A stretch of DNA of 64,000 bases from an uncultured Trueperaceae bacterium (GCA_963815215.1 CAWFFU010000011.1:96001-160000); one strand, 5' to 3'. Shown: positions 30,246 through 40,418, numbered from the stretch's first letter. Notes: generated from the sequence alone by a model not told the origin. Translations and numbers: made by a program.

Positions 30246-32258
30246 CGAGTCGTAGGTCGGGGTCATCACGAACCACGTGCGGAACGGCGCCAGGTCGACC
30301 GGCTGCCCGTCGGCCGTGACGAATCGCAGGCCGTTCGCCAGGTCCCAGTGGCCGCGGACGGCGCGCCCGTGCAGGTAGAGCGTGGCCGGGCCCCCCTGCA
30401 ACGGTATGTAGAGCCTGCCCTCTGGATCGTCGGGTAGCGGCCGCGCGCTGATCTTCGCCATCACCACCGCCTCCACCAGAACGTTCTCGCCAGACGCATC
30501 ATTGGCCCCGACGCCGTTGCGGATCCACCGGTAGCGGTCGAGCGTCGGGAAGTACCGGAAGCCCGTCTTGTAGTTGGCGCCGATGCGGTCCGTGACGGCG
30601 GTGACGGTGGGAGCGTCGCTGGGCGGGCGGAACAGCGTGCCGCTCAGCACGCGGGTGCGTTGCGGCATCAGCCGGTTCACCGCGCGCCGGAGGGCATCAC
30701 CCTGGCTGTAGAGGTTGTAGGGCGCCTTCCGCTGGCCGGCTCGTTCGAACAGGTCGTTACGATGGAGAGCGTCGAGCGTTGGCAAGGCGCCGTGAGCGAT
30801 CGCGATCATCGCGCCTGGTGAGCCGCCATCATGCACCAGCACGGCGTTCATGGACTCGGTGATCTTGACGAAGTAGTCCCGCGCGCTGCGGATGGGGCCG
30901 ACCTGACCGGGATCGGTGCTGTCGTAGACGAGCATGAGCCGCGTCAGGCCGCCCTCGACGGGCATCTCCACGATGCTCGAGGCCTGCTTCAAGCCTGTCT
31001 GCGGGTAGCCGTGGACGTTGTCGACCAGCACCGCCAGTGGACGCTCGAGCTGTTGCCGGTAGGGCGCCGGAGCCGTCACGGGCGAACCCGTGCCGTTGGC
31101 GGTGCCGTCCGGGGACGCGGCGCTGCCGCGACCGGCGGCGTTGGCCTGGGTCGTTCCGCCGACCTGCCCCGCCGACGGGGCGTTCCCGCCCGGGGTGCGG
31201 TTACCGGCACGGCTGGTGGCGACGTCGGTATTCCCGGGGGGCGCGCCGCTGCTGCCGGGCGCGCCCGCAGCAGGCGTCGGCGCGCGCACCTCGGCCCGCA
31301 CCGTCGGGACGGGCACCTGGAGAGCGGCACTGACGGAGACCTGCGGGGTCACCTGCACGTTGCGAGCGGTGCCGGCCGAGGCACTCGCTCGAGGCGCCTG
31401 CAGAGCACGGGCGGCGGCCACGGAAGCCGACGCCTGCGGAGCGCTCAGCGTTCGCGGCGCCGCCACCTGGGCCGACGCCTGCGGCGCCTGGAGCGGCTGT
31501 GCCGCCGCCACGCGGGCTTGTGCCTGTGGCGCGCTGAGGCTCTGCGCAACACTCGCCGACGCCTGCGGTCGGGGAACCGTCTGAGCGGCGCTCACCTGGG
31601 CCTGCACCTGCGGCGTGGGCAGCTTCTGGGCCTGCGCCACGCTGGACTGCGGCGTGATGGCCAGGGTGGTCGCCTGCGGTACGTCGGCCTGCGCCTGCGG
31701 CCGGGGGATGGTGAACGCCGGCGGCGTCTGTTGGGGCGGGAGCTGCACCGGGTTGATGGCGGGAAGGGTGGCCGCGGTGATGTCCCCTGACGGCTGCGCC
31801 GTCGCCGGCGTGGCGGGTGCCGCCGCGCTCGGCGGGGTCAGGCTGGGAGCCGGCGCTTCGGCCGTGCGCGCGGGGGGGGCCTGCGGCTGTTCGGCCGGTT
31901 TCTGCGCCTGCGGCTGCGGCTGCACCGGTGTCGCCGGCTGCGCCGTGGCCGGCTGGGGCTCGGGCGCCTGCGGCTGCGGCTGCGGCGCGCTTCGCGCCTG
32001 CGGCTCGCCGATCGTGCCGGAGGCGACCTGCGGTTGCGACGCCTGCGGAGCGGGTGCTTCGGCCGTCGACGCCTGGGTCGTGGCGTTGGACTGCTGCGGC
32101 GAGCCGAGGGTGATGACCAGGTAGCTATCGAGTTTGCGCGGCTTGGGAGCACTGAGGAACACCGCCAACAGCAGCAGTGCCACCAGGTGGACGGTGACCG
32201 ACAGCAGAAGGGCGCGCCGCCTGTCCGGATCGCGCCACGCTTCGGCGAGGCGGGTCAC
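30231..32258 (-). CDS. TonB/TolA-like membrane-anchored Pro/Ala/Gln-rich protein with C-terminal DUF3048-like domain
   Basis: TM helix with S-x3-H (LLSVTVHLVALLLL) and a long repetitive linker. C-terminal RPLAVLVDN..YPQTGL..A..VEMPVEGGLTRL..GPIRSARDY..HDGGS..KAPYNLY. Confidence 0.8.
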   Translation of the reverse strand: MTRLAEAWRDPDRRRALLLSVTVHLVALLLLAVFLSAPKPRKLDSYLVITLGSPQQSNATTQASTAEAPAPQASQPQVASGTIGEPQARSAPQPQPQAPEPQPATAQPATPVQPQPQAQKPAEQPQAPPARTAEAPAPSLTPPSAAAPATPATAQPSGDITAATLPAINPVQLPPQQTPPAFTIPRPQAQADVPQATTLAITPQSSVAQAQKLPTPQVQAQVSAAQTVPRPQASASVAQSLSAPQAQARVAAAQPLQAPQASAQVAAPRTLSAPQASASVAAARALQAPRASASAGTARNVQVTPQVSVSAALQVPVPTVRAEVRAPTPAAGAPGSSGAPPGNTDVATSRAGNRTPGGNAPSAGQVGGTTQANAAGRGSAASPDGTANGTGSPVTAPAPYRQQLERPLAVLVDNVHGYPQTGLKQASSIVEMPVEGGLTRLMLVYDSTDPGQVGPIRSARDYFVKITESMNAVLVHDGGSPGAMIAIAHGALPTLDALHRNDLFERAGQRKAPYNLYSQGDALRRAVNRLMPQRTRVLSGTLFRPPSDAPTVTAVTDRIGANYKTGFRYFPTLDRYRWIRNGVGANDASGENVLVEAVVMAKISARPLPDDPEGRLYIPLQGGPATLYLHGRAVRGHWDLANGLRFVTADGQPVDLAPFRTWFVMTPTYDSRVEQ

Positions 32259-32266
32259 GCCCGTGA

Positions 32267-32674
32267 TCAGCCCCCTGTCGCGATGGCGAGGCGCTTCGCG
32301 CCGGCCTGCTTGATCAGGTCCATGACGCGCACGACGAGGCCGTGGGGCACGGTGGCGTCGGCGCGGAGCACGACGGTGGTGTAGCCGGTGGCCGCCATGC
32401 GGGCGCGCACCACGTCGACCAGCTGCGCCTGCGAGACGTGGTTTCCGCCTACGTAGATCTGTTCGTCCTTGGTGATGGTGACGGCGGGTAGGGTCGACGG
32501 CTCGCTGACCGCCGTCTGCGCCGACGGAAGGTCGACGGGCAGGCCCGACTCCATGGTGATGAAGGTGGTGGAGACCATGAAGAAGATCACCAGCAAGAAG
32601 ACCACGTCGACCATGGGGGTGAGGTCGAGGGTGGGCGAGGCTCTGAGTCGGCTGCGACCGCGTTGATCACGCAT
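32267..32674 (-). CDS. exbD: Biopolymer transporter ExbD/TolR
   Basis: LTPMVDVVFLLVIFFMV, VDLPSA and LRADATVPHG.VVRVMD. Confidence 0.93.
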   Translation of the reverse strand: MRDQRGRSRLRASPTLDLTPMVDVVFLLVIFFMVSTTFITMESGLPVDLPSAQTAVSEPSTLPAVTITKDEQIYVGGNHVSQAQLVDVVRARMAATGYTTVVLRADATVPHGLVVRVMDLIKQAGAKRLAIATGG

Positions 32675-32683
32675 GGTGCTTCC

Positions 32684-33376
32684 CTAGACCTGCGAGGAGG
32701 CCGCCCGCGGCGGGCCGGAGGGTTCCCGCACGGTCCCCTGTGGCTCAGCCCGGGCCGTCTCCTCCTTGCGGGCGGCGACGGCCTGCACAACGTTCCCCAT
32801 CAGCTCCTCGCGGCGCCGGTCGATCTCCATCAAGATGGTGTCGACTCGGCTCGCCAGGTAGTTCTGACCGATGACGGTGGGGATGGCGACGATCAGGCCG
32901 GCCGCGGTGGTGACCAGCGCCTGCCCGATGCCGTCGGCCAGCACCGACGGGTTGCCGGTGCCCTGGTTGGCGATCTCCGAGAAGGCGAGGATCATGCCGG
33001 TGACGGTTCCGAGCAGCCCGAGCATGGGCGCGATCTGGGCGATGGCCGCCAGCGGCCGCAGACCCCGGGTCAGGTTCTGCTCCTCCTGCAGGGAGGCTTC
33101 CTGGAACGCAGCCTCGACGGCCGCGCGGCCGTACGGCAGCCGCAACAGCGCCGCTCGCAACACTCTGGCCACTGGGCCGCCGTGCTGCTCGCAGGCGGCC
33201 AGCGCCAGCTCGAGGTCGCGCTCGCGCACCGCAGCGTTGACGCGCCCCATCAGGACGTCGCTGTCGAGGCGCTCCTTGGAGAGCTTGAAGAACCGTTCGA
33301 AGAACAGGTAGACGGCGTACAGCGAGACGAGCAGGATCGCGACCAGAACGGGGCCGCCACTCATCAGAAGACTCAT
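32684..33376 (-). CDS. exbB: MotA/TolQ/ExbB proton channel
   Basis: APMLGLLGTVTGMI and GIGQALVTTAAGLIVAIP. Confidence 0.92.
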   Translation of the reverse strand: MSLLMSGGPVLVAILLVSLYAVYLFFERFFKLSKERLDSDVLMGRVNAAVRERDLELALAACEQHGGPVARVLRAALLRLPYGRAAVEAAFQEASLQEEQNLTRGLRPLAAIAQIAPMLGLLGTVTGMILAFSEIANQGTGNPSVLADGIGQALVTTAAGLIVAIPTVIGQNYLASRVDTILMEIDRRREELMGNVVQAVAARKEETARAEPQGTVREPSGPPRAASSQV

Positions 33377-33492
33377 GCTCGACTCCTCATCGTAGGACCG
33401 TCAGCATAGGTGGCAGCGCCATGAACGCCATGAGATGGTTATACCAGAGGCTTCACGCGACTTCATCAACCCTGACGCTGCCGATGGGGCCC

Positions 33493-36240
33493 TCAACCGG
33501 TGTTGCGCATCCCTGCCGCTACGCCGAGCAGCGACACCAGCACAGCGTACTCCAACCCCTCCCGGTCCGGGCTCTCGTCGGGCAAGGCCCTCAGGCGACC
33601 CAGCAACTCGACCTGCAGGAAGCTGATGGGATCGACGTAGGGGTTGCGGAGCTCGATGGAGCGCGCCAGCGTGGGGTCGTGCTCGAGCAGCCCGTGGCCG
33701 GTGGCGCGCTCGACCTGCTCCACGGTCCGCGCGTGTTCCTCGTGGATGACGGTGCGGAAGCGCTGCCGCAACCTCTCGGGAACCAGCTCCAGGTAGCGCT
33801 CGAAGATGTCGAGATCGGCCTTGGCCAGGCTCATCTGGGCGAAGTCGACGAGGGTCCGGAAGAACGGCCAGCGGCGCACCATCTCCGCGGTGAGCTCCGG
33901 CGACAACACGGCCAACCCGGAGCCGAGCCCGAACCAACCCGGCAGGTTCGCCCGACACTGGGTCCAGGAGAACACCCAGGGGATGGCGCGGAGGTTGTCG
34001 AGTGAACGGTCGCCGGCCCGTCGCGCCGGACGCGAGCCGATGTCGAGGCGGCTGATCTCCTCGATCGGCGTGACGGTGTGGAAGAACTCGAGGAAGCCCT
34101 CGCTCTCGAGCAAGGCGCGGTACCGTTCCCGCGCCGCGCGCGAGGCGCGCTCCATCGCCTCGCGGTAGCGCTCCGGCAGCTCCGGGAGCGTTCCAGCGTC
34201 GCGGGCCGAGGACAGGATGAAGGCGTACGCGACCTGCTCCAGATGGCGGTGGGCGAGGTCGGGGTCGGCATAGCGCGCCGCCAGCGCCTCACCTTGCTCG
34301 GTGATGCGCATGCGGCCCCCAAGGCTCCCGGGCGGTTGCGCCAGGATGGCCTGGCCGGCGGGCCCGCCGCCGCGCCCGATGCTGGTGCCGCGGCCGTGGA
34401 AGATCCGCAGCGGCACGCCCGCCTCGCGACACACCGTCGCCACGCCGTCCTGTGCCTGGTAGAGCGCCCAGTTGGCCGCCAGGAAGCCGGCGTCCTTGTT
34501 CGAGTCGGAGTAGCCGATCATCACCTCCTGCACGCCCCGTTGCTCCACGTGACGGCGGTAGGCGGGGACCGCGAACAGGCGCCGGATGACGTCGGGCGCC
34601 GCCCGCAGGTCGGCCTCGGTCTCGAACAGCGGGGTGGCGTCGATGGCCGGGACGCCCGCCTGCTTGGCCAGGACCAGCGCTTCCAGGATGTCGGACACGC
34701 CCTCGGTCATGCTCACGACGTAGCTTCCGGTGGCCTGCTCGCCGAAACGCGCCTGCGTCCGCCGCACCTCCTCGAGGAAGGCCAGTGCGCGCTCGGCCTC
34801 CTCACCCAGCGCCGCGCCCGCCGGCGCCAGCGGCCGCGGCGAGGCCAGCTCCCGCTCGAGCAGCCCGACCCGTTCCCCCTCATCGAGAGCCGCGTAGTCG
34901 TCGGCGACGCCGGCGTAGCGCAGTAGCTGCGCGACCGCCCGCTCGTGAACCCGCGAGTGCTCGCGCAAGTCGAGCGGCGCCAGGTGGAAGCGGAAGGCGC
35001 TGGCGCGGTGCAGCGCGGGACGCACGAACGCCCGCGCGGCGCGGGCGCCCTGACTGGCCTCGAGCGTGCCTTCCACCAGCGCCAGATCGTCCACCAGAGC
35101 CTGTGCGCCGCCCGGGTAGCCGGAGACGTCGGCGCGACCGGGCCCGCCCTGGCGGCGCAGCGCCGCGCGCTCCCGTTCGAGGAACCGGTGCACGTATGCC
35201 AGCTTCTGCCGGTAAGGCTCCTCCGGGAAGCGGTCGGGCGGACCCTCCGTTCGCGCCAGGCCCGCCAGATCGTCGCGGAAGGGCTTGGTGAGCGTCACCC
35301 GCCGCTCCCACAACGACAATCGCTGCACCAGCGCGTCGACGTCGGCGAGGTACGCGTCGAGGGCGACCTCCGCCTGCAGCGTGACCGCCTCGCGGGTGAT
35401 GTCGGGCGTGACGTAGGGGTTGCCGTCGCGGTCGCCACCGATCCAGGAGCGGAAGCCCAATACCGTCGGCAGCGGCGGGTTGTCCGCCGGGCCGAAGACG
35501 GCATCGAGCGCGTCCTCCATGTCCCGCATCAGACGCGGGATGGCGTCGAGCAACGAGCGCCGGAAGTAGTACAGCGCGCTCTTGACCTCGTCGAGCACGG
35601 TCGGCTTGGCGGCGAAGAGCTCACGCGTCTGCCACAGCGTGGCGATCTCGGCGAAGACCTCGTCCTTCAACCGCAGGGCCTCCTGCGGTGACAGCTCGTG
35701 CTCGCCGGTTCGCCGCAGCGCGGCCGCGATGCGCTCCAGCTTGAGCCGAACGGTGTAGCGCTTGACCTCCGTCGGGTGCGCAGTCAGGGTGAGCCCGACA
35801 TCGAGCCTCTCCATGAACGCCCGCACCTGTGCGCGCGTCCAGCCCTGCTCGCGAAGGCTCGTCACTGCCGCCGCCACCGACTCGGACCGCGGCGACTCCG
35901 GCGTGGCCCGCGCCTCCCGCAGGCGGTTCACCCGCACCCGGTGGATCTCCTCGGCCAGGTTGATGAGTTGGAAGTAGACCGTGAAGGCCCGCAACAGGCG
36001 TTCGGCCGACGCCAGGTCGAGCGCGGCGATGCGCTCCTTCAGCGCGTCCGCGGCGCCCGTCTCGCCCGCGCGCCGCTGCTTGGTGCCGGCGCGCACCGTC
36101 TCCACCAGATCGAAGAGCCGCTCGCCTTCGAGCTCACGTAACACCGTTCCGAGGGCACTCCCCAGGAAACCAACGTCCGCCCTGAGCTGTTCGAAGGCGT
36201 CCTGCTGGCTCTCGCGGTCGTTGTCGCCGGCACTGTCCAC
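33493..36240 (-). CDS. ppc: Phosphoenolpyruvate carboxylase
   Basis: LTAHPTE, WIGGDRDGNP, QEVMIGYSDSNKDAG, FHGRGTSIGRGGGP and LRAIPWVFSW. Leaderless: TAGAAT, 7 nt, GTG. Confidence 0.97.
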   Translation of the reverse strand: MDSAGDNDRESQQDAFEQLRADVGFLGSALGTVLRELEGERLFDLVETVRAGTKQRRAGETGAADALKERIAALDLASAERLLRAFTVYFQLINLAEEIHRVRVNRLREARATPESPRSESVAAAVTSLREQGWTRAQVRAFMERLDVGLTLTAHPTEVKRYTVRLKLERIAAALRRTGEHELSPQEALRLKDEVFAEIATLWQTRELFAAKPTVLDEVKSALYYFRRSLLDAIPRLMRDMEDALDAVFGPADNPPLPTVLGFRSWIGGDRDGNPYVTPDITREAVTLQAEVALDAYLADVDALVQRLSLWERRVTLTKPFRDDLAGLARTEGPPDRFPEEPYRQKLAYVHRFLERERAALRRQGGPGRADVSGYPGGAQALVDDLALVEGTLEASQGARAARAFVRPALHRASAFRFHLAPLDLREHSRVHERAVAQLLRYAGVADDYAALDEGERVGLLERELASPRPLAPAGAALGEEAERALAFLEEVRRTQARFGEQATGSYVVSMTEGVSDILEALVLAKQAGVPAIDATPLFETEADLRAAPDVIRRLFAVPAYRRHVEQRGVQEVMIGYSDSNKDAGFLAANWALYQAQDGVATVCREAGVPLRIFHGRGTSIGRGGGPAGQAILAQPPGSLGGRMRITEQGEALAARYADPDLAHRHLEQVAYAFILSSARDAGTLPELPERYREAMERASRAARERYRALLESEGFLEFFHTVTPIEEISRLDIGSRPARRAGDRSLDNLRAIPWVFSWTQCRANLPGWFGLGSGLAVLSPELTAEMVRRWPFFRTLVDFAQMSLAKADLDIFERYLELVPERLRQRFRTVIHEEHARTVEQVERATGHGLLEHDPTLARSIELRNPYVDPISFLQVELLGRLRALPDESPDREGLEYAVLVSLLGVAAGMRNTG

Positions 36241-36332
36241 GCGGCCGATTCTATCGCGGCGCGGCGCGCAGTCCGGATCGCGGGCCCGTCGCGGCGCCGG
36301 CCGAGCCGTGGCCCGCGGCGCCCTGCGCGCCG

Positions 36333-37115
36333 CTAATCGTCTCGATCCGCGTGCGGCGCCGCCCACTGCAGGCGCCGGATCGAGCGCGCGCGCGGGCCGT
36401 CCAACTCCAGCACCACACCCGACAGGGTGCCGCGCCCCTGGGCGGGCCGGTAGCGCCGCGGCAACTTGTGCACGAAGCGGTCGTGCACCTCCTCGAAACC
36501 CATACCGATCGACGACGCCTGGACGCCGCTCATCCCCGCGTCGGTGATGTAGGCGGTGCCGCGCACGACGGTCTCGTCGGCGGTCTGCACGTGCGTGTGG
36601 GTGCCGATGACGGCGCTGGCGCGGCCCGCCAGGTGATAGAGCATGACCTTCTTCTCGCTGGTGGCCTCGGCGTGAAAGTCGACGACCAGCGCCTGCCCCT
36701 CCGGCAGTTCCTCCACCACCGCGTCGACGGCGCGGAATGGATCGTCCAGGGCGTCCATGAACACCCGGCCCATGGCCTGCGCCACGGTGATGCGCTCGCC
36801 GCCCCGCGCCTCGAAGGTGGCTGCGCCCACCCCGGGCGTCCCGGGAGGATAGTTGGCGGCCCGCACCAGCCGCGGCGTCTCCTCCGCCAGCTCGACGGTT
36901 TCCGCCTGGTCCCAGCCGTGATTGCCGAGCGTGACGACATCGACGCCGGCCTCCCGGAGCTGCTGGAAATGCCGGCGCGTGAGGCCGAAGCCGCCGGCGG
37001 CGTTCTCCCCGTTGGCGATGATGAAGTCGTACTCGTGGCGCGCCTGCTCCAGGTAGGCCTGCACCACCTTCATGCCGGGCGTGCTGAAGATGTCGCCGAT
37101 GAACAGGACGCGCAC
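36333..37115 (-). CDS. YmdB/TIGR00282-family metallophosphoesterase
   Basis: FIGDI, NGENAAGG, TLGNH, DFHAEATSEK and GTHTHVQTAD. Confidence 0.93.
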   Translation of the reverse strand: MRVLFIGDIFSTPGMKVVQAYLEQARHEYDFIIANGENAAGGFGLTRRHFQQLREAGVDVVTLGNHGWDQAETVELAEETPRLVRAANYPPGTPGVGAATFEARGGERITVAQAMGRVFMDALDDPFRAVDAVVEELPEGQALVVDFHAEATSEKKVMLYHLAGRASAVIGTHTHVQTADETVVRGTAYITDAGMSGVQASSIGMGFEEVHDRFVHKLPRRYRPAQGRGTLSGVVLELDGPRARSIRRLQWAAPHADRDD

Positions 37116-37194
37116 AGCGCATGCTACCAGGGGCGCGCCGGGCGCCGCTCACCGCCGGACTGCGGCGGCGGTCGTGCTACGCTTTCGATGCATC

Positions 37195-37656
37195 ATGGAC
37201 TTCGACCCCGTCGACCGGAGGATCCTGCACATCTTGCGCGAGGACGGGCGCGCCTCGCACGCCAGCATCGCCAAAGTGGTGGGCCTGTCCGCGCCCGCGA
37301 TCGGCGAGCGCATCCGCAAGCTCGAACAGGCCGGCGTGATCCGCGGCTACCGCGCGGTCCTCGACCCGCACGGGACGGGTCTTCCGATCTGCGCCTTCGT
37401 GGCCATCGCTCCGCAGCCGCGCAAGCCGGCGCAGGGTCTCGTCGAGCGCCTGCTCACCCTGCCCGAGATCGAAGAGCTCCACGCCGTCGCCGGCACCTAC
37501 TCGTACGTCGCCAAGGTGCGCGTCCCCTCGACGCAGGCGCTCGACGGCTTCCTGGACCGGCTGTTCATGCTCGAGGGTGTCGAACGCACCGAGACCACCA
37601 TGGTGTTGCGCACCAGCGCCGAGCGCCCCATGTACCTGCCGTTCGAGGCCTCTTGA
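37195..37656 (+). CDS. Lrp/AsnC family transcriptional regulator
   Basis: DPVDRRILHILREDGRAS..IAKVVGLS...ERIRKLEQAGVIRGY. Confidence 0.93.
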   Translation: MDFDPVDRRILHILREDGRASHASIAKVVGLSAPAIGERIRKLEQAGVIRGYRAVLDPHGTGLPICAFVAIAPQPRKPAQGLVERLLTLPEIEELHAVAGTYSYVAKVRVPSTQALDGFLDRLFMLEGVERTETTMVLRTSAERPMYLPFEAS

Positions 37657-38828
37657 GCCGCGGGCACATCGACCGCGACATCCGCCCGGTGTCCGAACCG
37701 CACCTGGAGGAGTTGTTCCATAACGGCACGGTGGCGTTCGGTCCGGTGCCGGTGGGCACCGAGCCGAGGTTCCGGGAGCACCTGCGAAGGGCGCTGCCCC
37801 ACACGCTGGGCAGCTTCCAGGACGGGCGCCTGGCGAGCGCCGCCACCATGTTCCCCTTCGAGGCCTGGATCGGCGGGGTGCGGCAGCCGCTGGGCGGGCT
37901 CGCCTCGGTCGCCAGCGCCCCCTGGGCGCGCAGGGGTGGCCATGTCGCCGCGCTTCTCGTACGCTGGCTCGAACGCCTGCACGACGGCGGCGTCGCCTGG
38001 TGCGCCGAGCAGCCCTTCGACCCCCGCTTCTATGCGCGCTTCGGCTTCCAGTCGGTGCCGAACGGTCAGGCGGTCGAGATCGCGCCCGAGCTCTTCGGCG
38101 CGGACCGGCCGCCCGACGCCCAGAACGTCACCGACGGCGAGCTATCGGCCGTGAAGACCCTCCACGCAGCCTTCGCACGCCGTTACGGCTTCGCCCTCAC
38201 TCGCGACGACGACGCCCGCGACGCCTGGGGGCGGCTGCTGCGACCCTGGGCGGGTGCACCTCGGCACGTCTACCTGCTGCAGGACGCCTACCTCGTCTTC
38301 CACCTCGGCGACGACGGCGGCAGGCTCCACGTCACCGACTTCGCCTACACGACGCCAGAGGCTCGAGCGCGGGTGTGGTCGCTGGTCGGCGCCTTCCGGG
38401 GGCAGGCCCGGCAGGTGCGCATCCACCTCCCCCCCGGCGAACCGCTGCTCGTAGACACGCAGGCCCGTCACGCGGTGCGCTCGCCCCTGATCCAGGTTCG
38501 CCTGGTCGATCTCGCCGCCGCGCTGGCGCCGCTGCGCGCCCCGCGCGAGAGCCGCTGGGACATCGAGCTGCGCGACGAGGTCTGTCCCTGGAACGACGGC
38601 ACCTTCGAGCTGACCCTGTCCCAGGCCGGTTGCTCGGCCACGCCCAGCCGCGCGCCTGCCGGCACCCGGCTCGACGTGCGCGCGCTGGCGGCGCTGCTCG
38701 GCCAGGCGGCAACACCGGAGGCGCTGCTCGCCACCGGGCAGGCGGGTGGAGACCCCGAGCCGCTGCGCGCCCTGGCTGAGCTGACGCGCGGACAGCCGAC
38801 ATTCCTGGCCGAGGCCGACGGCTTCTAG
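37653..38828 (+). CDS. Eis-like GNAT acetyltransferase with SCP2-like C-terminus
   Basis: GGLASVASAPWARRGGHVAALL, FYARFGF and LRDEVCPWNDG. TTG start overlaps the Lrp stop. Confidence 0.85.
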   Translation: MSRGHIDRDIRPVSEPHLEELFHNGTVAFGPVPVGTEPRFREHLRRALPHTLGSFQDGRLASAATMFPFEAWIGGVRQPLGGLASVASAPWARRGGHVAALLVRWLERLHDGGVAWCAEQPFDPRFYARFGFQSVPNGQAVEIAPELFGADRPPDAQNVTDGELSAVKTLHAAFARRYGFALTRDDDARDAWGRLLRPWAGAPRHVYLLQDAYLVFHLGDDGGRLHVTDFAYTTPEARARVWSLVGAFRGQARQVRIHLPPGEPLLVDTQARHAVRSPLIQVRLVDLAAALAPLRAPRESRWDIELRDEVCPWNDGTFELTLSQAGCSATPSRAPAGTRLDVRALAALLGQAATPEALLATGQAGGDPEPLRALAELTRGQPTFLAEADGF

Positions 38829-38867
38829 CGCGGTCTCCGCTCCGCCACGACCGTGGCGGAGCTGTCC

Positions 38868-40418
38868 TCACTCCTGCTGGAAGGCCTCGAGGAACCACTG
38901 CGGCAGGCGCTCTCGCTGCCGCCGCAGGTAGCTCGGGAAGTCGGCGTCGAGCAGGTAGGTGACCGCGAAATCGTCCTCGCTGCGCACCGAGCGGCCGTAC
39001 GCCTGCACCACGCTGAGGCAGGTGCGCCAGTCGTACCAGCCGGGATCGAGCTCCATGCGGCGCGCCACCTGCGGGTCGCCCAGGTACGGGTAGGGGATCT
39101 TGCACAACACCTGCCAGCGCGCCAGATCCTCGGCCAGATCGATCCCCTCGGTCATGCTGGGCGACAGCAGGATAGTGGGCTCGTCGGACTCGAGGTGGGC
39201 GTTGAGGGCGGCGTCCCGCTCGCTGCTGTCGTGGTGGGTGACCAGGCGCCAGGCGTGCTCGCGGGGCAGACCGCGCTCGATGGCCTGAGCGATGCGGTAC
39301 GAGTGCGCGTGGATGACGCCCTTCTCGTCGGCGTGCCGCTCGCACAGCTCGGCGATGGCCTGCACCAGCTTGGGGAGACCGGAGGCGAGGTGGTGGCGGG
39401 TGAGGCGGGTGGTGGGGAGCAGGACCAGCGGCCGGTTCTCCGGCGGGAAGCTCGAGGGCGTGCGGATGACTGCGGCCTCGTCGGGCTCGATGCCGAGCCC
39501 GCGCAGGAAGGTCACCGGATCCAGCACCGTCGCCGACAGCATGAGCACGCGCTCATGCCGGTGGAACAGCAGCGGCTCAGCGAAGGGCGCCACTTCGACG
39601 GGCTTGAACACCAGCGCCTCGCCGGCCTGCGAACGCCGGCGCTCCACCACCCACTCCACGCCGTCCTCGTCGCGGCTGTCGACCAGGAGCTCGAGCCGCG
39701 CGAGCTGCCCGTCGAGCCACTGCTTGGCCTGCAGCCGCGACAGGGCCGCACTCTCGGGCAGATCCTCGGTGCGTAGCTCGAGGTCGAGCTCACGCCCGCG
39801 CTCCAGCAGCTCTGGAACCAACTCCTCGGCGAAATCGAAGTAGGCATCGGTCCCCAGCGGCGGCGGCAGGCGCCGCTCGATCCCCGCCCGCGCCAGCCAG
39901 CCCTCCCCCAGGGTGACCTGCACGAACCCCATCAGGGCGCCCTCGGCGTTGTGCGCCTCGTCAAGGATCAGCAGCTCACGCTGCCGGAAGCCGCCGGCGT
40001 AGTTGAGCTCGGCCAGGTAGTAGGCATAGTTCAGGGTGGCCGAGGACGCAGCCATGGCGATGTCCTTGGCCGTGAAGTAGGGGCAGCCGTCGCAGGCGGG
40101 GAAGCGGCGGCCGGCGATGCACGGCGCGGCCGCGGCGTGGGTGGGCGCCACCAGGCAGGGGTAGTTGCTGCGCCCCTTCATCAGCGCCAGCTCGGGGAAG
40201 TCGCGAGTGTACTGCTCCTGCAGCACCTTCTGCGCGGTGAGGACGTAACTCGAGCCGGCCTCACGGGCCAGCGCCACCGCGATGGCGGACTTGCCGGACC
40301 CGGTGGGGGCCTCGATGATGACGAAGCGCTTGCCCTCGGCGAAGGCGTCGCGCGCCGCGTCGAGCGCTTCGCGCTGGCCGTTGCGGTAGCTGGAGAAGGG
40401 GAAACTGCCCGAAGGCAC
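38868..40418 (-). CDS. DinG/XPD-family ATP-dependent helicase (compact)
   Basis: EAPTGSGKS, KGRSNYPC with a 4-Cys cluster, DEAH, LSAT, EGID and QAYGRSVRSEDD. Confidence 0.9.
   Translation of the reverse strand: MPSGSFPFSSYRNGQREALDAARDAFAEGKRFVIIEAPTGSGKSAIAVALAREAGSSYVLTAQKVLQEQYTRDFPELALMKGRSNYPCLVAPTHAAAAPCIAGRRFPACDGCPYFTAKDIAMAASSATLNYAYYLAELNYAGGFRQRELLILDEAHNAEGALMGFVQVTLGEGWLARAGIERRLPPPLGTDAYFDFAEELVPELLERGRELDLELRTEDLPESAALSRLQAKQWLDGQLARLELLVDSRDEDGVEWVVERRRSQAGEALVFKPVEVAPFAEPLLFHRHERVLMLSATVLDPVTFLRGLGIEPDEAAVIRTPSSFPPENRPLVLLPTTRLTRHHLASGLPKLVQAIAELCERHADEKGVIHAHSYRIAQAIERGLPREHAWRLVTHHDSSERDAALNAHLESDEPTILLSPSMTEGIDLAEDLARWQVLCKIPYPYLGDPQVARRMELDPGWYDWRTCLSVVQAYGRSVRSEDDFAVTYLLDADFPSYLRRQRERLPQWFLEAFQQE

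Noticed and set aside
33493..38828. 1219-aa PEPC and 825-aa GNAT extended ORFs
   Set aside because: The extensions overlap ymdB and lrp in other frames. True starts are 36240 and 37653.
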